Shown: positions 9,489 to 18,161, counted from the whole stretch's first letter. The stretch is 62,502 bases of DNA, filler included, from 3 parts of 3 records of this genome joined end to end with filler, not necessarily neighbours in it, one strand, 5' to 3'. The notes: generated by a model from the letters alone, not told the origin. Numbers and translations are program-made.

Positions 9489-11432
9489 CTACTTAGCTTC
9501 CATCCCCAGCTCGCGTTTCACTGATTCAATGAGTATTGCGCGGGTCATCGGTTTAGCGAGCAAGCGCGCGCCGGACTCCGCCAATTTTTCCTTATCCTCA
9601 ACCACCGGACTGCCGGTGAGTGCGAGAATCGGCATGGTATGTCCTTTATTTCTGACCGTTTGAATCAACTCGCGGCCATCCATCCCCGACATCCGCAGGT
9701 CGGAAATCATCAAGTGTATCTCGGAACTACGCGTCTCCAATATCTCGAGCGCCGTCTCGCCGCTGTCTGCTGCGAACACGCGGTAACCTTCGGCTTTGAG
9801 CAGCAGCATAAGGGTAGTGCGCACCATTTCCTCATCGTCAACCAACAGAATACCCGAGGCAAACGGTGTGCCGGAAAGCCCGCTGCCAACCGTCGCACCA
9901 TTTACCGGCAGGTAGGCCCGAAAGGTCGTCCCTTCGTTGGGTTTGCTGTCGACCGTGATAAATCCACCGTGACCTTTGATAATCCCGCGCACGGTCGCCA
10001 AACCCAGGCCCGTGCCGCGAGTCGAATCCTTGGTCGTGAAGAACGGATCGAAGATTCGCTCAATCACTTGCGGTGAAATGCCTTCTCCTGTATCCGCAAC
10101 ACTCATCACCACATAGGAACCGGGAAACGCTTCCGGAAGAAGCTTTGCCGCATTTTCGTCAATCTCCACGAGATCCACGGTGATCGCAATCGCCCCTCCC
10201 TCGGGCATCGCATCACGTGCATTGATGCATAAATTCATCAGCACCTGCTTAATTTGAGTAGCGTCCACCCGCACTGGCGGAAGTGACTCGGTAAAGGATA
10301 TTGAAAGATCCACATCCCCCCGGAGGGTTTTGCCCATAAACTCGACAAACTCGGTGAGCAGCGAACGTAAATCGACCTCGACGTGTTCGCCTTCCGCACC
10401 ACGGGCAAACGCGAGCAGTTGCTTGACCAAGGCCGCCCCATTTTTAGCACTCCGGTGCATCGTGCCGATCAAATCGTTCAACTCGGATTGCTCCACATTG
10501 CTTTGCAAAATGTCCACCGACATCAGGATCGGCGCGAGCATGTTATTTAAATCATGAGCGATGCCGCCGACCATCATTCCCATGCTCTCCATCCGCTGGG
10601 ATTGCAAAAACTTGGACTCCAGCAAGCGGTTCTCGGTGACATCGGTATTGATCACCAAAAATGATTTGGGCCGGGCATTCGCATCCTCGACCAATGTCCA
10701 GCTGCTCTGCGTGACGACCTCACGGCCATCCTTCGTATGATGATGCAATTCGCCGCGCCATTCTCCATTCGCACACGTATGATCACGGGCAAATTGGCAT
10801 CGTGCGTAATCAGCCCCCAGCAACTCCATCACATCGCGCCCCATCGCTTCCTCACGGGACCACCCATATAGGCGTTGCGCACCGAGATTCCAATACGTGA
10901 TGCCACCATCCACCCGCTGCACGATGATCGCGTCCTGTGCATGATCGAGTAGGGTTGATTGTTCTTCGATTCGAGCTCGCGCCTCGCGCAACGCTTCCTC
11001 CGGATGCGACACCGCTTTGACATGGGACGCCTGTTGAATGGCCCGACGCACCGCAGAGCCCAAACGCCCGAGACGTTGCTTCACCACCAAATCGCTGGCC
11101 CCTTCTCTGAGCCATTCCACGGTGCGCTCCTCGCCAACCGGTTCGGTTAACACAATCGCCGGTTTTTCCGGACTTATCTTTCGCGCCAAACCCAACGCGC
11201 TCGTGCTCTCCAATTCGATCAATCCGTCGTCGATCAAAACCAAATCAAACTCCCGACGCGCTAGCGCCACGGAAAAATCCACCACCGTGGAAACCACCTG
11301 CACCAGGCAATCGGGCCATTCCCGACGCAAAATTTTCACGCCCCCCCCAGAAGCACTCAACGCCTTCTCCAGAAGAAGAAAGCGCAGTGGGGGTTGAGTT
11401 TGAGCGGTTTGTTGATCCCGCTTCTCTGTCAC
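9489..11432 (-). CDS. Cytoplasmic hybrid histidine kinase (REC-PAS-HisKA-HATPase-REC)
   Basis: PAS (DAIIV...ITYWNLGAQRLYGW), H-box GIAHDLNN, QVLMNLCINARDAM, DTGEGI, PFFTTK, GTGLGLA, C-terminal REC (LVDDE...ISDLRM...KP). No TM helix. A GTG start at 11432 is preferred over the track start 11534, which overlaps ycaO. Confidence 0.92.
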   Translation of the reverse strand: MTEKRDQQTAQTQPPLRFLLLEKALSASGGGVKILRREWPDCLVQVVSTVVDFSVALARREFDLVLIDDGLIELESTSALGLARKISPEKPAIVLTEPVGEERTVEWLREGASDLVVKQRLGRLGSAVRRAIQQASHVKAVSHPEEALREARARIEEQSTLLDHAQDAIIVQRVDGGITYWNLGAQRLYGWSREEAMGRDVMELLGADYARCQFARDHTCANGEWRGELHHHTKDGREVVTQSSWTLVEDANARPKSFLVINTDVTENRLLESKFLQSQRMESMGMMVGGIAHDLNNMLAPILMSVDILQSNVEQSELNDLIGTMHRSAKNGAALVKQLLAFARGAEGEHVEVDLRSLLTEFVEFMGKTLRGDVDLSISFTESLPPVRVDATQIKQVLMNLCINARDAMPEGGAIAITVDLVEIDENAAKLLPEAFPGSYVVMSVADTGEGISPQVIERIFDPFFTTKDSTRGTGLGLATVRGIIKGHGGFITVDSKPNEGTTFRAYLPVNGATVGSGLSGTPFASGILLVDDEEMVRTTLMLLLKAEGYRVFAADSGETALEILETRSSEIHLMISDLRMSGMDGRELIQTVRNKGHTMPILALTGSPVVEDKEKLAESGARLLAKPMTRAILIESVKRELGMEAK

Positions 11433-11443
11433 TGTTGAAGCCT

Positions 11444-12334
11444 CTACCAAAAGAAATACCTTTCGTCGTCTTCCATAAAACGGCGGGATGGCGGCTTGAG
11501 CACAAACCGCCACACTGTCGTGTAGTCGGACCACGGCCCTGTCAGCTCGCTATCGCTAACAACCTCGGGTTTTGGCGTTGGACCGGAACGGCATTTGCGC
11601 CCCAGTCTTTCGCGAAACATTTCATGCCCCTCTTCCGTGGCGAAGAACCAGGAACGCTTTTCCAGACGCTCCGTCAGCGGCTCGACTTCACCAACGCCCA
11701 TCGCGAGCAACCGCGTGCGCAACACCCACTCCTGTCGGGTGAGTTCGAGCATCGCTTTTTCACAAGCCCGGGTGAAGGACTCGGCGGCGGCATGGCCGTA
11801 AACGTGGAAACCCCATTCTGAACGGGCAAAGAGTAAAACCGCCACACCACCAAGGGGCGGTTCAAAAGCCAAGGCGCTAACCCCGGGCCACTCCGTATCA
11901 CGTAACTGGCCATCGAGTTCGCCTTCCCACCAATGCAGAAGACAAAATCGCTCCAGCGATTCAAGGACCGCCGAGCGGCGCGCGGGGCCCTTCGACAGCC
12001 CTGGAAAGGCGGCCATGCCATTTGATGTTTCATCAACATCAAAGCCAAATTCTTCACGACGATCCGAACGAACCGTCGCATGAAAGGCCCAACGCTCCAA
12101 GGCTTCGGACACCGCCATATGCCTCGCCACCATCGGTGAGTCATGTGCCCCCGTCCCATCCATATCACTGTAGAGTTTAGCCCGACCCCGTGGCACCAAC
12201 CCGGCCCGCAAACGGGCATTGGATTGGAATTGCCGACGACCAAACATCGGGAATTCCCCCGATTCAATATGCTCAATCGGCCCACCGTGTGAGGCCATCA
12301 CATTGCGATACCGAAATGAAGCTAGGCTAAACAT
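11444..12334 (-). CDS. Compact YcaO-like ATP-dependent peptide backbone-modifying enzyme
   Basis: YcaO motifs in order: GTG...ARHMAVSEALER, TSNGMAA...ARRSAVLESLER, GHAA...ACEKAMLELTRQ. Only 296 aa; no C-terminal PxP tail. Confidence 0.82.
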   Translation of the reverse strand: MFSLASFRYRNVMASHGGPIEHIESGEFPMFGRRQFQSNARLRAGLVPRGRAKLYSDMDGTGAHDSPMVARHMAVSEALERWAFHATVRSDRREEFGFDVDETSNGMAAFPGLSKGPARRSAVLESLERFCLLHWWEGELDGQLRDTEWPGVSALAFEPPLGGVAVLLFARSEWGFHVYGHAAAESFTRACEKAMLELTRQEWVLRTRLLAMGVGEVEPLTERLEKRSWFFATEEGHEMFRERLGRKCRSGPTPKPEVVSDSELTGPWSDYTTVWRFVLKPPSRRFMEDDERYFFW

Positions 12335-12346
12335 AAAGTGAGATGA

Positions 12347-12532
12347 TTAGTTGGAATCGGAAGGAGCACCACACGGAGCATTGCAGGGACCGATCGAAGT
12401 CAATGTGTTCTTGCTCAGTTCAGGAGATAATTCTTGAACGGAAAGATCCACTCGATCAGCGGCGCGGGCAAAGCCCACAGACAACAAAAGGCTGGCAACC
12501 AGCCCGAGCACGAGATGTTTAATATTTTTCAT
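12347..12532 (-). CDS. Small secreted peptide, putative RiPP/signal precursor
   Basis: 61 aa MKNIKHLVLGLVASLLLSVGFARA-ADRVDLSVQELSPELSKNTLTSIGPCNAPCGAPSDSN. Basic n-region, hydrophobic h-region, A-x-A site, Cys/Ser/Thr/Pro-rich C-terminus; stop 12 nt before ycaO. Confidence 0.75.
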   Translation of the reverse strand: MKNIKHLVLGLVASLLLSVGFARAADRVDLSVQELSPELSKNTLTSIGPCNAPCGAPSDSN

Positions 12533-12577
12533 AACACCACAATTTGAAGCGTATTCAGCCCTCATACCAAGTGAGCT

Positions 12578-12621
12578 GGGTAACGATTTTTACCCGACCA
12601 TACTGAAATTACAGTATGGTC
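12578..12621. promoter_or_regulatory. Two abutting inverted repeats in the divergent peptide/kinase promoter (putative operators)
   Basis: GGGTAA-CGATTT-TTACCC (12578-12595) and GACCATACTG-AAATTA-CAGTATGGTC (12596-12621). Confidence 0.6.
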
Positions 12622-12654
12622 TTTCAGGCACGATTTGATCTATGATCGACTGTT

Positions 12655-15600
12655 GTGTGTCTCACCCGTTTAGGTTTTTTGTTTATCACCTGGCCGCTTA
12701 TCATGTTCTCCGGAGCGGATGCGGCGGTGAATACTAACGCAAGTAACGACGGGCTACTGATTTCCATTATTGATTCCTCGGATATCGGGACCGATGCCGC
12801 CATCTGGTGCACTACCCAAGACGCCGATGGCACATTATTTTTCGGCGGAAACGAACTGCTCGTGAATAACGGGGAGTCTTGGACCTCTTATAAAATGGGC
12901 GACTCCTACGCCATTCGCTCGCTGGATTTCTCTGACGACGGACGTCTTTGGGCCGCAGCTTTCAACGAAATAGGTTGGTTCGCCAAAACGCCCGAAGGGG
13001 GTTGGATCTACCACTCCCTAAAACCAAAACTGCCCGAGGCCATCAAACAGCTGGGCGATGTCTGGAATGTTTATGCCCAAAACGGAGGTGTTATCTTTGT
13101 CACTAATGATCGGATCATTCGATGGGACGGTGAACACTTCACTTGGTGGAGTTACCATGTTTCTCGCAGATTAGTTTCCACCAGGAACCAAAATGTAGTC
13201 TATGTCTCCCACCCTCCCTCAGGGTTATTGAAGATGACGCCCGAGGGTCCTGAAGTAACCTATTCGTCCGCAATTACTGGTTCGTCGAAAGTTTTTTGGC
13301 TGGGTAACATCGGCCAAGAAAAAGCCATGGTCACGACCGCTGGCGTTGGCACAATCACAGATGGTCGTCTTCAATACGTGGACCCGGAACTTTCCACCTA
13401 TCTCGAATCTAATATTCTCACCTCGGTCCAAGCACTGGCAAATAAACATCTGGCTTTGGGCACTCTGCGGGGGGGGATTGTCATCGTGGGTCCCGACTTA
13501 CATCTGAAGCGGGTCATCGGAACTCAAAACAGCCTGCCTACAAGTGAGGTCTACAGCCTTTATCTCGCCAAAGATAATGAGCTATGGGGGACTTCCAGCA
13601 CCAATATATTCCGAATCGATGGCTTGGAAAGCACGGTGGTATTCAACAAAAATCAAGGCCTGCCCGAAACGGGTATTATCGATATCGTCATTCATGACCA
13701 GAAACCCATCGTGCTTACGGCCGATGGTGTTTATCAAACCGTAGATGCCACCGGTAAGTTCTCTCTGAGCAATGCCAGCTATGGTTCCTACCGTGATATC
13801 ATTTCTACTCCGACAGGGTTGTTGATCAGCGCAAGTTATGGGGTATACGGTTTGGGTGATAGCGACTCATCCACCTATTACCAAACTGCCAACGATGTCT
13901 CCAAAATCGGACCGAGCCCGAAGAAAGATCACTATTACGCAGTAGAAACTGGGCGGATCGTTGAATTTTCCATCAACGATAAATCCTCTCGGACTGTCAC
14001 CAACACACTCCCGGACAGCTCTGACAACATTGTGCTCGATACCCAAGGACGACTATGGATCAACACGGGCTCCAGTGGTCTCTACGTCATCGCTCCAGCC
14101 ATCGACCACCCGGTCGATCCGGTATCCGCCCACCTCCATCACGGCTTCCCCTATGCCAAAGGGTATCCAAAACTCGCGCAGCTCGCCGATACGATCATCG
14201 CTACTGGGCCGGAAGGGGCCTACTGGTTGAACTCCGAAACGGATCAATTTGAAAAAGTCGCAAACTACCCCAAGGGCGAAACCATCGCTTTTTCAAATAC
14301 CGACAAACAGGAACGTATCTGGGCTGCTTTAAAGGGCGTGCAGAATGGGATGCCCGCCCGCATAGGACAGCTCGAACGCAGCACTACAGGTGTAAGGTGG
14401 ATTCCCCGTTCCATCGATGGACTGGCTACGGTCGGCCACCTCCGCACTCTGCGAATCGAACAAACCAAGGACGACAACCGGCTTTGGATCGCCGGCAATA
14501 AAGGCCTGATGCGTATCACTAAGCCGGAAACCATGCAGGCGCGGCCACCCTCACAACCGCAGCTCAACGCAATCGTTCGCGATAATCAGGATGCCCCGGC
14601 TCTCCCCATCACTTCTGAACTTCCCTATAACACCAAACGCATCCATCTGGAATTCAGCACCACCGAATTCGGGCAACGCGATTCGCTGCGCTACCAAACG
14701 ATGCTGACGGGAGTCGATCCGGATTGGTCGGCCCCCACCAACACCCCTGAGCTCGAACTCGCCAATCTGCGGGAGGGAAACTACACCTTTAAAGTGCGCG
14801 TCATCGCCGACACCGGTTTGGTAAGTGTCCCCAACGAACTTCGCTTCTCGATTGCAGCACCTTGGTGGCGCACCCCTTATGCTTATAGCGGTTACGTCCT
14901 CTTTTTCGGAATTTCGCTGACCGGACTTTACCGGTTGCGGATCCGCTCAATCCGACGTCGATCCGAACTGCTCGAAGTAACCGTGCAACAACGCACCACT
15001 GAACTCGAGAAAGCCAATGCCGCCAAGACCGAGTTCGTCGCCAGCATGAGCCACGAAATTCGCAATCCGATGAACGGGATCATCGGTTCCGCGCATGCGC
15101 TCGATCAGACCAAACTCGACGAAGAGCAGCGTGAACTCGTTTCGACCCTCCGCAACTGCGCCTCGTTCCTCGGCTCCCTGGTTGAAGACGTGCTCGATTT
15201 CTCCTCGATTGAAGCCGGCGCTTTTACCGTCCAGCAACAACCCTGCTACCCGCGCACCATTCTGGAAAACGTTTCCAAAATGCTCGCCGGACAAGCCGTC
15301 GTCGCGGGGGCTCATTTCGAACTGGAAATCGATTCCACCCTCCCCACCCAGATTCTCGCGGATGCTTCACGTATCCAGCAAATCGTCGTCAATTATGCGA
15401 CCAACGCCCTCAAATTCAGCGGTGGTGGACGGGTGCGTCTCTCGGCTTACAACGATAATAACAACATCGCCTTTGCCGTCACCGATAATGGACCCGGCAT
15501 CAGCACCGATGAACAAGCCGTCCTCTTCACCCGCTTCTCACGCCTGAAAACCGCCCGTAAAGCAGGCATCGCCGGCACTGGTCTCGGCTTGGCGGTTTGT

Positions 15601-16497
15601 CGCGCACTCGCCGAAAACATGGGCGGCACCGTGGGAGTTGCCAGTGCTCCTCGCCGTGGTGCGACTTTCTTCCTGCGGATTCCCTTGCATAAAGTGCAAC
15701 CCAACCAACTCGCTCCGAAACCTGCCCTTCCCTCAATGGAAGGCGCCCGCGCTCTCATCGTTGAAGATATTGATTACAACGCCCGGGCTCTTTCCACGAT
15801 GCTGAAGCAGTTGGGCTTCTCTGTTGATCTCGCGCCCGACGGAGCCACCGCGCTGAAGCACCTCGCCTCACGCACTTATCATACCGTTTTTCTCGATTAC
15901 GATCTTCCCGATATGAGTGGACTCGACGTCGCCCGTCGGCTTCGCCTGCGGGAAGACGATGACCGACGTGCCCTCGTCATCGCCACCACCGCCTACTCGA
16001 CAGTGGAAGATCGGCGCGCCTGCTTGGATGCCGGCATGGACATCTTTCTCGGCAAACCGATCACTCCGGAGAAACTCCAATCCGTGCTCGCGGGCATGCC
16101 ACCGATTACCCTTCCATCAGCCTCGATTGATCTCCCGATCGATCCTCAGTCGGGAATCAACCTCCGGATGCTCAGCTATCTCGCCGATAATCAGCCCGAC
16201 GGTTTGAAGCGCGAAATCAAACGCTATCTCGATGCCCTCACCTCGACTCACGGTGAAGTCTTGGAAGCACTGCTCACACGCAATCGTCCCGCCCTGGGCA
16301 AAGCCGCTCATCGCATGCTTTCGCATGGTCGTATGGTTGAAGCCACAACCCTGATCACCATCGCCGAGGAAATCGAAGCCGAGGCCGACTACGCCGAAAT
16401 CCGGCGCCTCGAAGAACTGGGTGATGAACTCGCCACCGCCATCACCGAACTCAGGAAAACGCTGGTCCGCCATCACCAGGCGCAGACACCTGCGTGA
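12655..16497 (+). CDS. Membrane hybrid sensor kinase (periplasmic beta-propeller + Y_Y_Y, TM, HisKA, HATPase, REC, HPt)
   Basis: Propeller-type repeats (DGRLWAA, DTQGRLWI), Y_Y_Y (RYQTMLTGVDPDWS...LREGNYTFKVR), TM after PWWRT, H-box SMSHEIRNPMNG, NALKF, DNGPGI, GTGLGL, REC (VEDI...LDYDLPDMSG...KP), HPt AHRMLSHGRM. Exact start uncertain. Confidence 0.93.
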   Translation: MCLTRLGFLFITWPLIMFSGADAAVNTNASNDGLLISIIDSSDIGTDAAIWCTTQDADGTLFFGGNELLVNNGESWTSYKMGDSYAIRSLDFSDDGRLWAAAFNEIGWFAKTPEGGWIYHSLKPKLPEAIKQLGDVWNVYAQNGGVIFVTNDRIIRWDGEHFTWWSYHVSRRLVSTRNQNVVYVSHPPSGLLKMTPEGPEVTYSSAITGSSKVFWLGNIGQEKAMVTTAGVGTITDGRLQYVDPELSTYLESNILTSVQALANKHLALGTLRGGIVIVGPDLHLKRVIGTQNSLPTSEVYSLYLAKDNELWGTSSTNIFRIDGLESTVVFNKNQGLPETGIIDIVIHDQKPIVLTADGVYQTVDATGKFSLSNASYGSYRDIISTPTGLLISASYGVYGLGDSDSSTYYQTANDVSKIGPSPKKDHYYAVETGRIVEFSINDKSSRTVTNTLPDSSDNIVLDTQGRLWINTGSSGLYVIAPAIDHPVDPVSAHLHHGFPYAKGYPKLAQLADTIIATGPEGAYWLNSETDQFEKVANYPKGETIAFSNTDKQERIWAALKGVQNGMPARIGQLERSTTGVRWIPRSIDGLATVGHLRTLRIEQTKDDNRLWIAGNKGLMRITKPETMQARPPSQPQLNAIVRDNQDAPALPITSELPYNTKRIHLEFSTTEFGQRDSLRYQTMLTGVDPDWSAPTNTPELELANLREGNYTFKVRVIADTGLVSVPNELRFSIAAPWWRTPYAYSGYVLFFGISLTGLYRLRIRSIRRRSELLEVTVQQRTTELEKANAAKTEFVASMSHEIRNPMNGIIGSAHALDQTKLDEEQRELVSTLRNCASFLGSLVEDVLDFSSIEAGAFTVQQQPCYPRTILENVSKMLAGQAVVAGAHFELEIDSTLPTQILADASRIQQIVVNYATNALKFSGGGRVRLSAYNDNNNIAFAVTDNGPGISTDEQAVLFTRFSRLKTARKAGIAGTGLGLAVCRALAENMGGTVGVASAPRRGATFFLRIPLHKVQPNQLAPKPALPSMEGARALIVEDIDYNARALSTMLKQLGFSVDLAPDGATALKHLASRTYHTVFLDYDLPDMSGLDVARRLRLREDDDRRALVIATTAYSTVEDRRACLDAGMDIFLGKPITPEKLQSVLAGMPPITLPSASIDLPIDPQSGINLRMLSYLADNQPDGLKREIKRYLDALTSTHGEVLEALLTRNRPALGKAAHRMLSHGRMVEATTLITIAEEIEAEADYAEIRRLEELGDELATAITELRKTLVRHHQAQTPA

Positions 16498-17113
16498 AAC
16501 CCTGATCGATTGCGAAACGAATCAACTTCGGGGTGCTGTGCACCCCGAGCTTGTTCATGATCCGGCTCCGGAAAGTCGCCGCCGTCTTGTCCGTAATCGA
16601 CAGCTTCTTCGCAATCTCATCATCGGACAACGATTGTCCGATCAAGGCCAACACCACGCGCTCACGCTCCGTTAGCACTTTATCAAACGAATGCGGGTTC
16701 GCCGTGCGCTTGGCCTTCGCTTCTTCGTAGGAAGCCGCGAGATAACGCTTACCCGCCGCCACGGTTTCAATCGCTTCCCTTAAGCTTTCCAGGCTGTTGG
16801 CATTCTTATCCACGAATCCCTGAATTCCGGCGCGCTCCACACGATACAGGGTGTAGTCGCCACGCGCCGAGGTGATCGCGATGATCGGGAGCTTCGGCAA
16901 AACCTTGCGCACCGTTTCAACGATCGTGAAACCGTCCATATCCGGCAGGTGCAAATCCAAGAGCAATAAATCCGGCTGCTCGGCCATAATCACCCGCAGC
17001 GCTTCAGCACCATCACCCGCTTGTCCGACCACATCATAGCCGAAGTCGCTCACGCACACTTTGTGTATGACCTCCCGAAACATCTGATGGTCTTCCACGA
17101 TCACGATGCGCAT
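16451..17113 (-). CDS. NarL/LuxR-family response regulator
   Basis: Start MRIVIVEDH (ATG 17113), LLLDLHLPDMDG, HTH LTERERVVLALIGQSLSDDEIAKKLSI...IMNKLGV; overlaps the kinase 3' end by 47 nt. Confidence 0.95.
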   Translation of the reverse strand: MRIVIVEDHQMFREVIHKVCVSDFGYDVVGQAGDGAEALRVIMAEQPDLLLLDLHLPDMDGFTIVETVRKVLPKLPIIAITSARGDYTLYRVERAGIQGFVDKNANSLESLREAIETVAAGKRYLAASYEEAKAKRTANPHSFDKVLTERERVVLALIGQSLSDDEIAKKLSITDKTAATFRSRIMNKLGVHSTPKLIRFAIDQGFTQVSAPGDGGPAFS

Positions 17114-17220
17114 GCGGAATTCATTGGCGAAACTCACCGATTTAACAATCGGCAAATGAGTCATCTCCTGCCAGTTGCCTGCAAATCCGACCGGTCACTG
17201 CCTCTAAATCGCTCAACGTC

Positions 17221-17234
17221 TTGATCTTCATCAA
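17221..17234. promoter_or_regulatory. FNR/DNR box
   Basis: TTGAT-CTTC-ATCAA, a perfect TTGAT-N4-ATCAA site 35 nt upstream of the YwiC-like gene. Confidence 0.8.
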
Positions 17235-17269
17235 AGCGGATTGAGATCAACCAAACTAGAATTCGTCGC

Positions 17270-18073
17270 ATGAATCCGGCACTCCGTCTCTCTCCAACGT
17301 CCTTTGGGCGCAGCTCCCAGAATCGCACCCGTTCTCAGCGTAAGGTATTTTTACCGAAAGAACACGGTTCATGGTCACTCGCTCTCGAGCCAATTTTTTT
17401 TGGATTATTGATTGTTCCGAGTCATGCCGGAGTCGCTTTAGGTCTGAGTGCCGCGGCGGCGTTCTTGATTCGCCGACCGATGAAAGCCGTGCTCAAGACG
17501 ACTGATCACGCTTCCCTTATCGCGCTGGGCCTACTTTCCTCGGCAGCCTTATTAGGGATTTTCCAAGTCGTGATGCTAAGCGGAGTCGCGCCATTCTGGC
17601 CGCTCCTTCCCGCCATCCCGATGGGTGCGCTCTATTTGTATTGGGATCGCGAAAACGAAAGTCGTGCCGCTTCCGCCGAGCTCATCGGCAGTGGCTTGTT
17701 TGCGCTCATCCCTGCGGTCATGGCCACCCTTGCCGGACACAACGCGATTTTTGCGCTAAGCCTGACTTTTATCATGCTCGCGCGCAGCATCCCCACCGTC
17801 TTAACCGTGCGCTCGTGGTTGCGGCAACGAAAGGGCGAATCGTCCAGCTACCTTCCCGCGGTGGCGACCACAGCCCTCGCCGTGGCCATCATAACCTACC
17901 TCACCCGCGAAGGCCACACGCCTGTCGTCGCCCATGCACTCGTCCTCTTTTCCTCCCTTCGCCTCGCGTTGCTTTTCACGCGCACGCCCCATTGGTCGGC
18001 TAAACAAATCGGCATCAGCGAAGCAGTCTTTGGACTACTTTATGTTCTCCTCATCGCATTCGGATACCGCTAA
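17270..18073 (+). CDS. YwiC-like membrane protein
   Basis: Multi-TM protein with N-terminal PKEHGSW (YwiC-like PxxHGxW) and C-terminal AKQIGISE. Confidence 0.75.
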   Translation: MNPALRLSPTSFGRSSQNRTRSQRKVFLPKEHGSWSLALEPIFFGLLIVPSHAGVALGLSAAAAFLIRRPMKAVLKTTDHASLIALGLLSSAALLGIFQVVMLSGVAPFWPLLPAIPMGALYLYWDRENESRAASAELIGSGLFALIPAVMATLAGHNAIFALSLTFIMLARSIPTVLTVRSWLRQRKGESSSYLPAVATTALAVAIITYLTREGHTPVVAHALVLFSSLRLALLFTRTPHWSAKQIGISEAVFGLLYVLLIAFGYR

Positions 18074-18090
18074 AATCTCTTCCGTAAACC

Positions 18091-18104
18091 TTGATGTGTA
18101 TCAA
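18091..18104. promoter_or_regulatory. FNR/DNR box upstream of nirK
   Basis: ccTTGAT-GTGT-ATCAAgg, a perfect consensus with extended dyad. Confidence 0.85.
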
Positions 18105-18161
18105 GGCGCCACCCTACCCCCTGCGCTAAACTACTCCCTGTCATTCAACCCAGTGTTTCCT

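Noticed and set aside
11444-12532. Classical LAP/thiopeptide or thioamitide antibiotic cluster
   Set aside because: No E1/ThiF, dehydrogenase, LanB, TfuA, exporter or immunity gene nearby; the neighbours are signalling genes.
12601-12616. TACTG...CAGTA as a LexA SOS box
   Set aside because: The spacer between CTG and CAG is 6 nt, not the 10 nt of the gammaproteobacterial box, and the context is not DNA repair.
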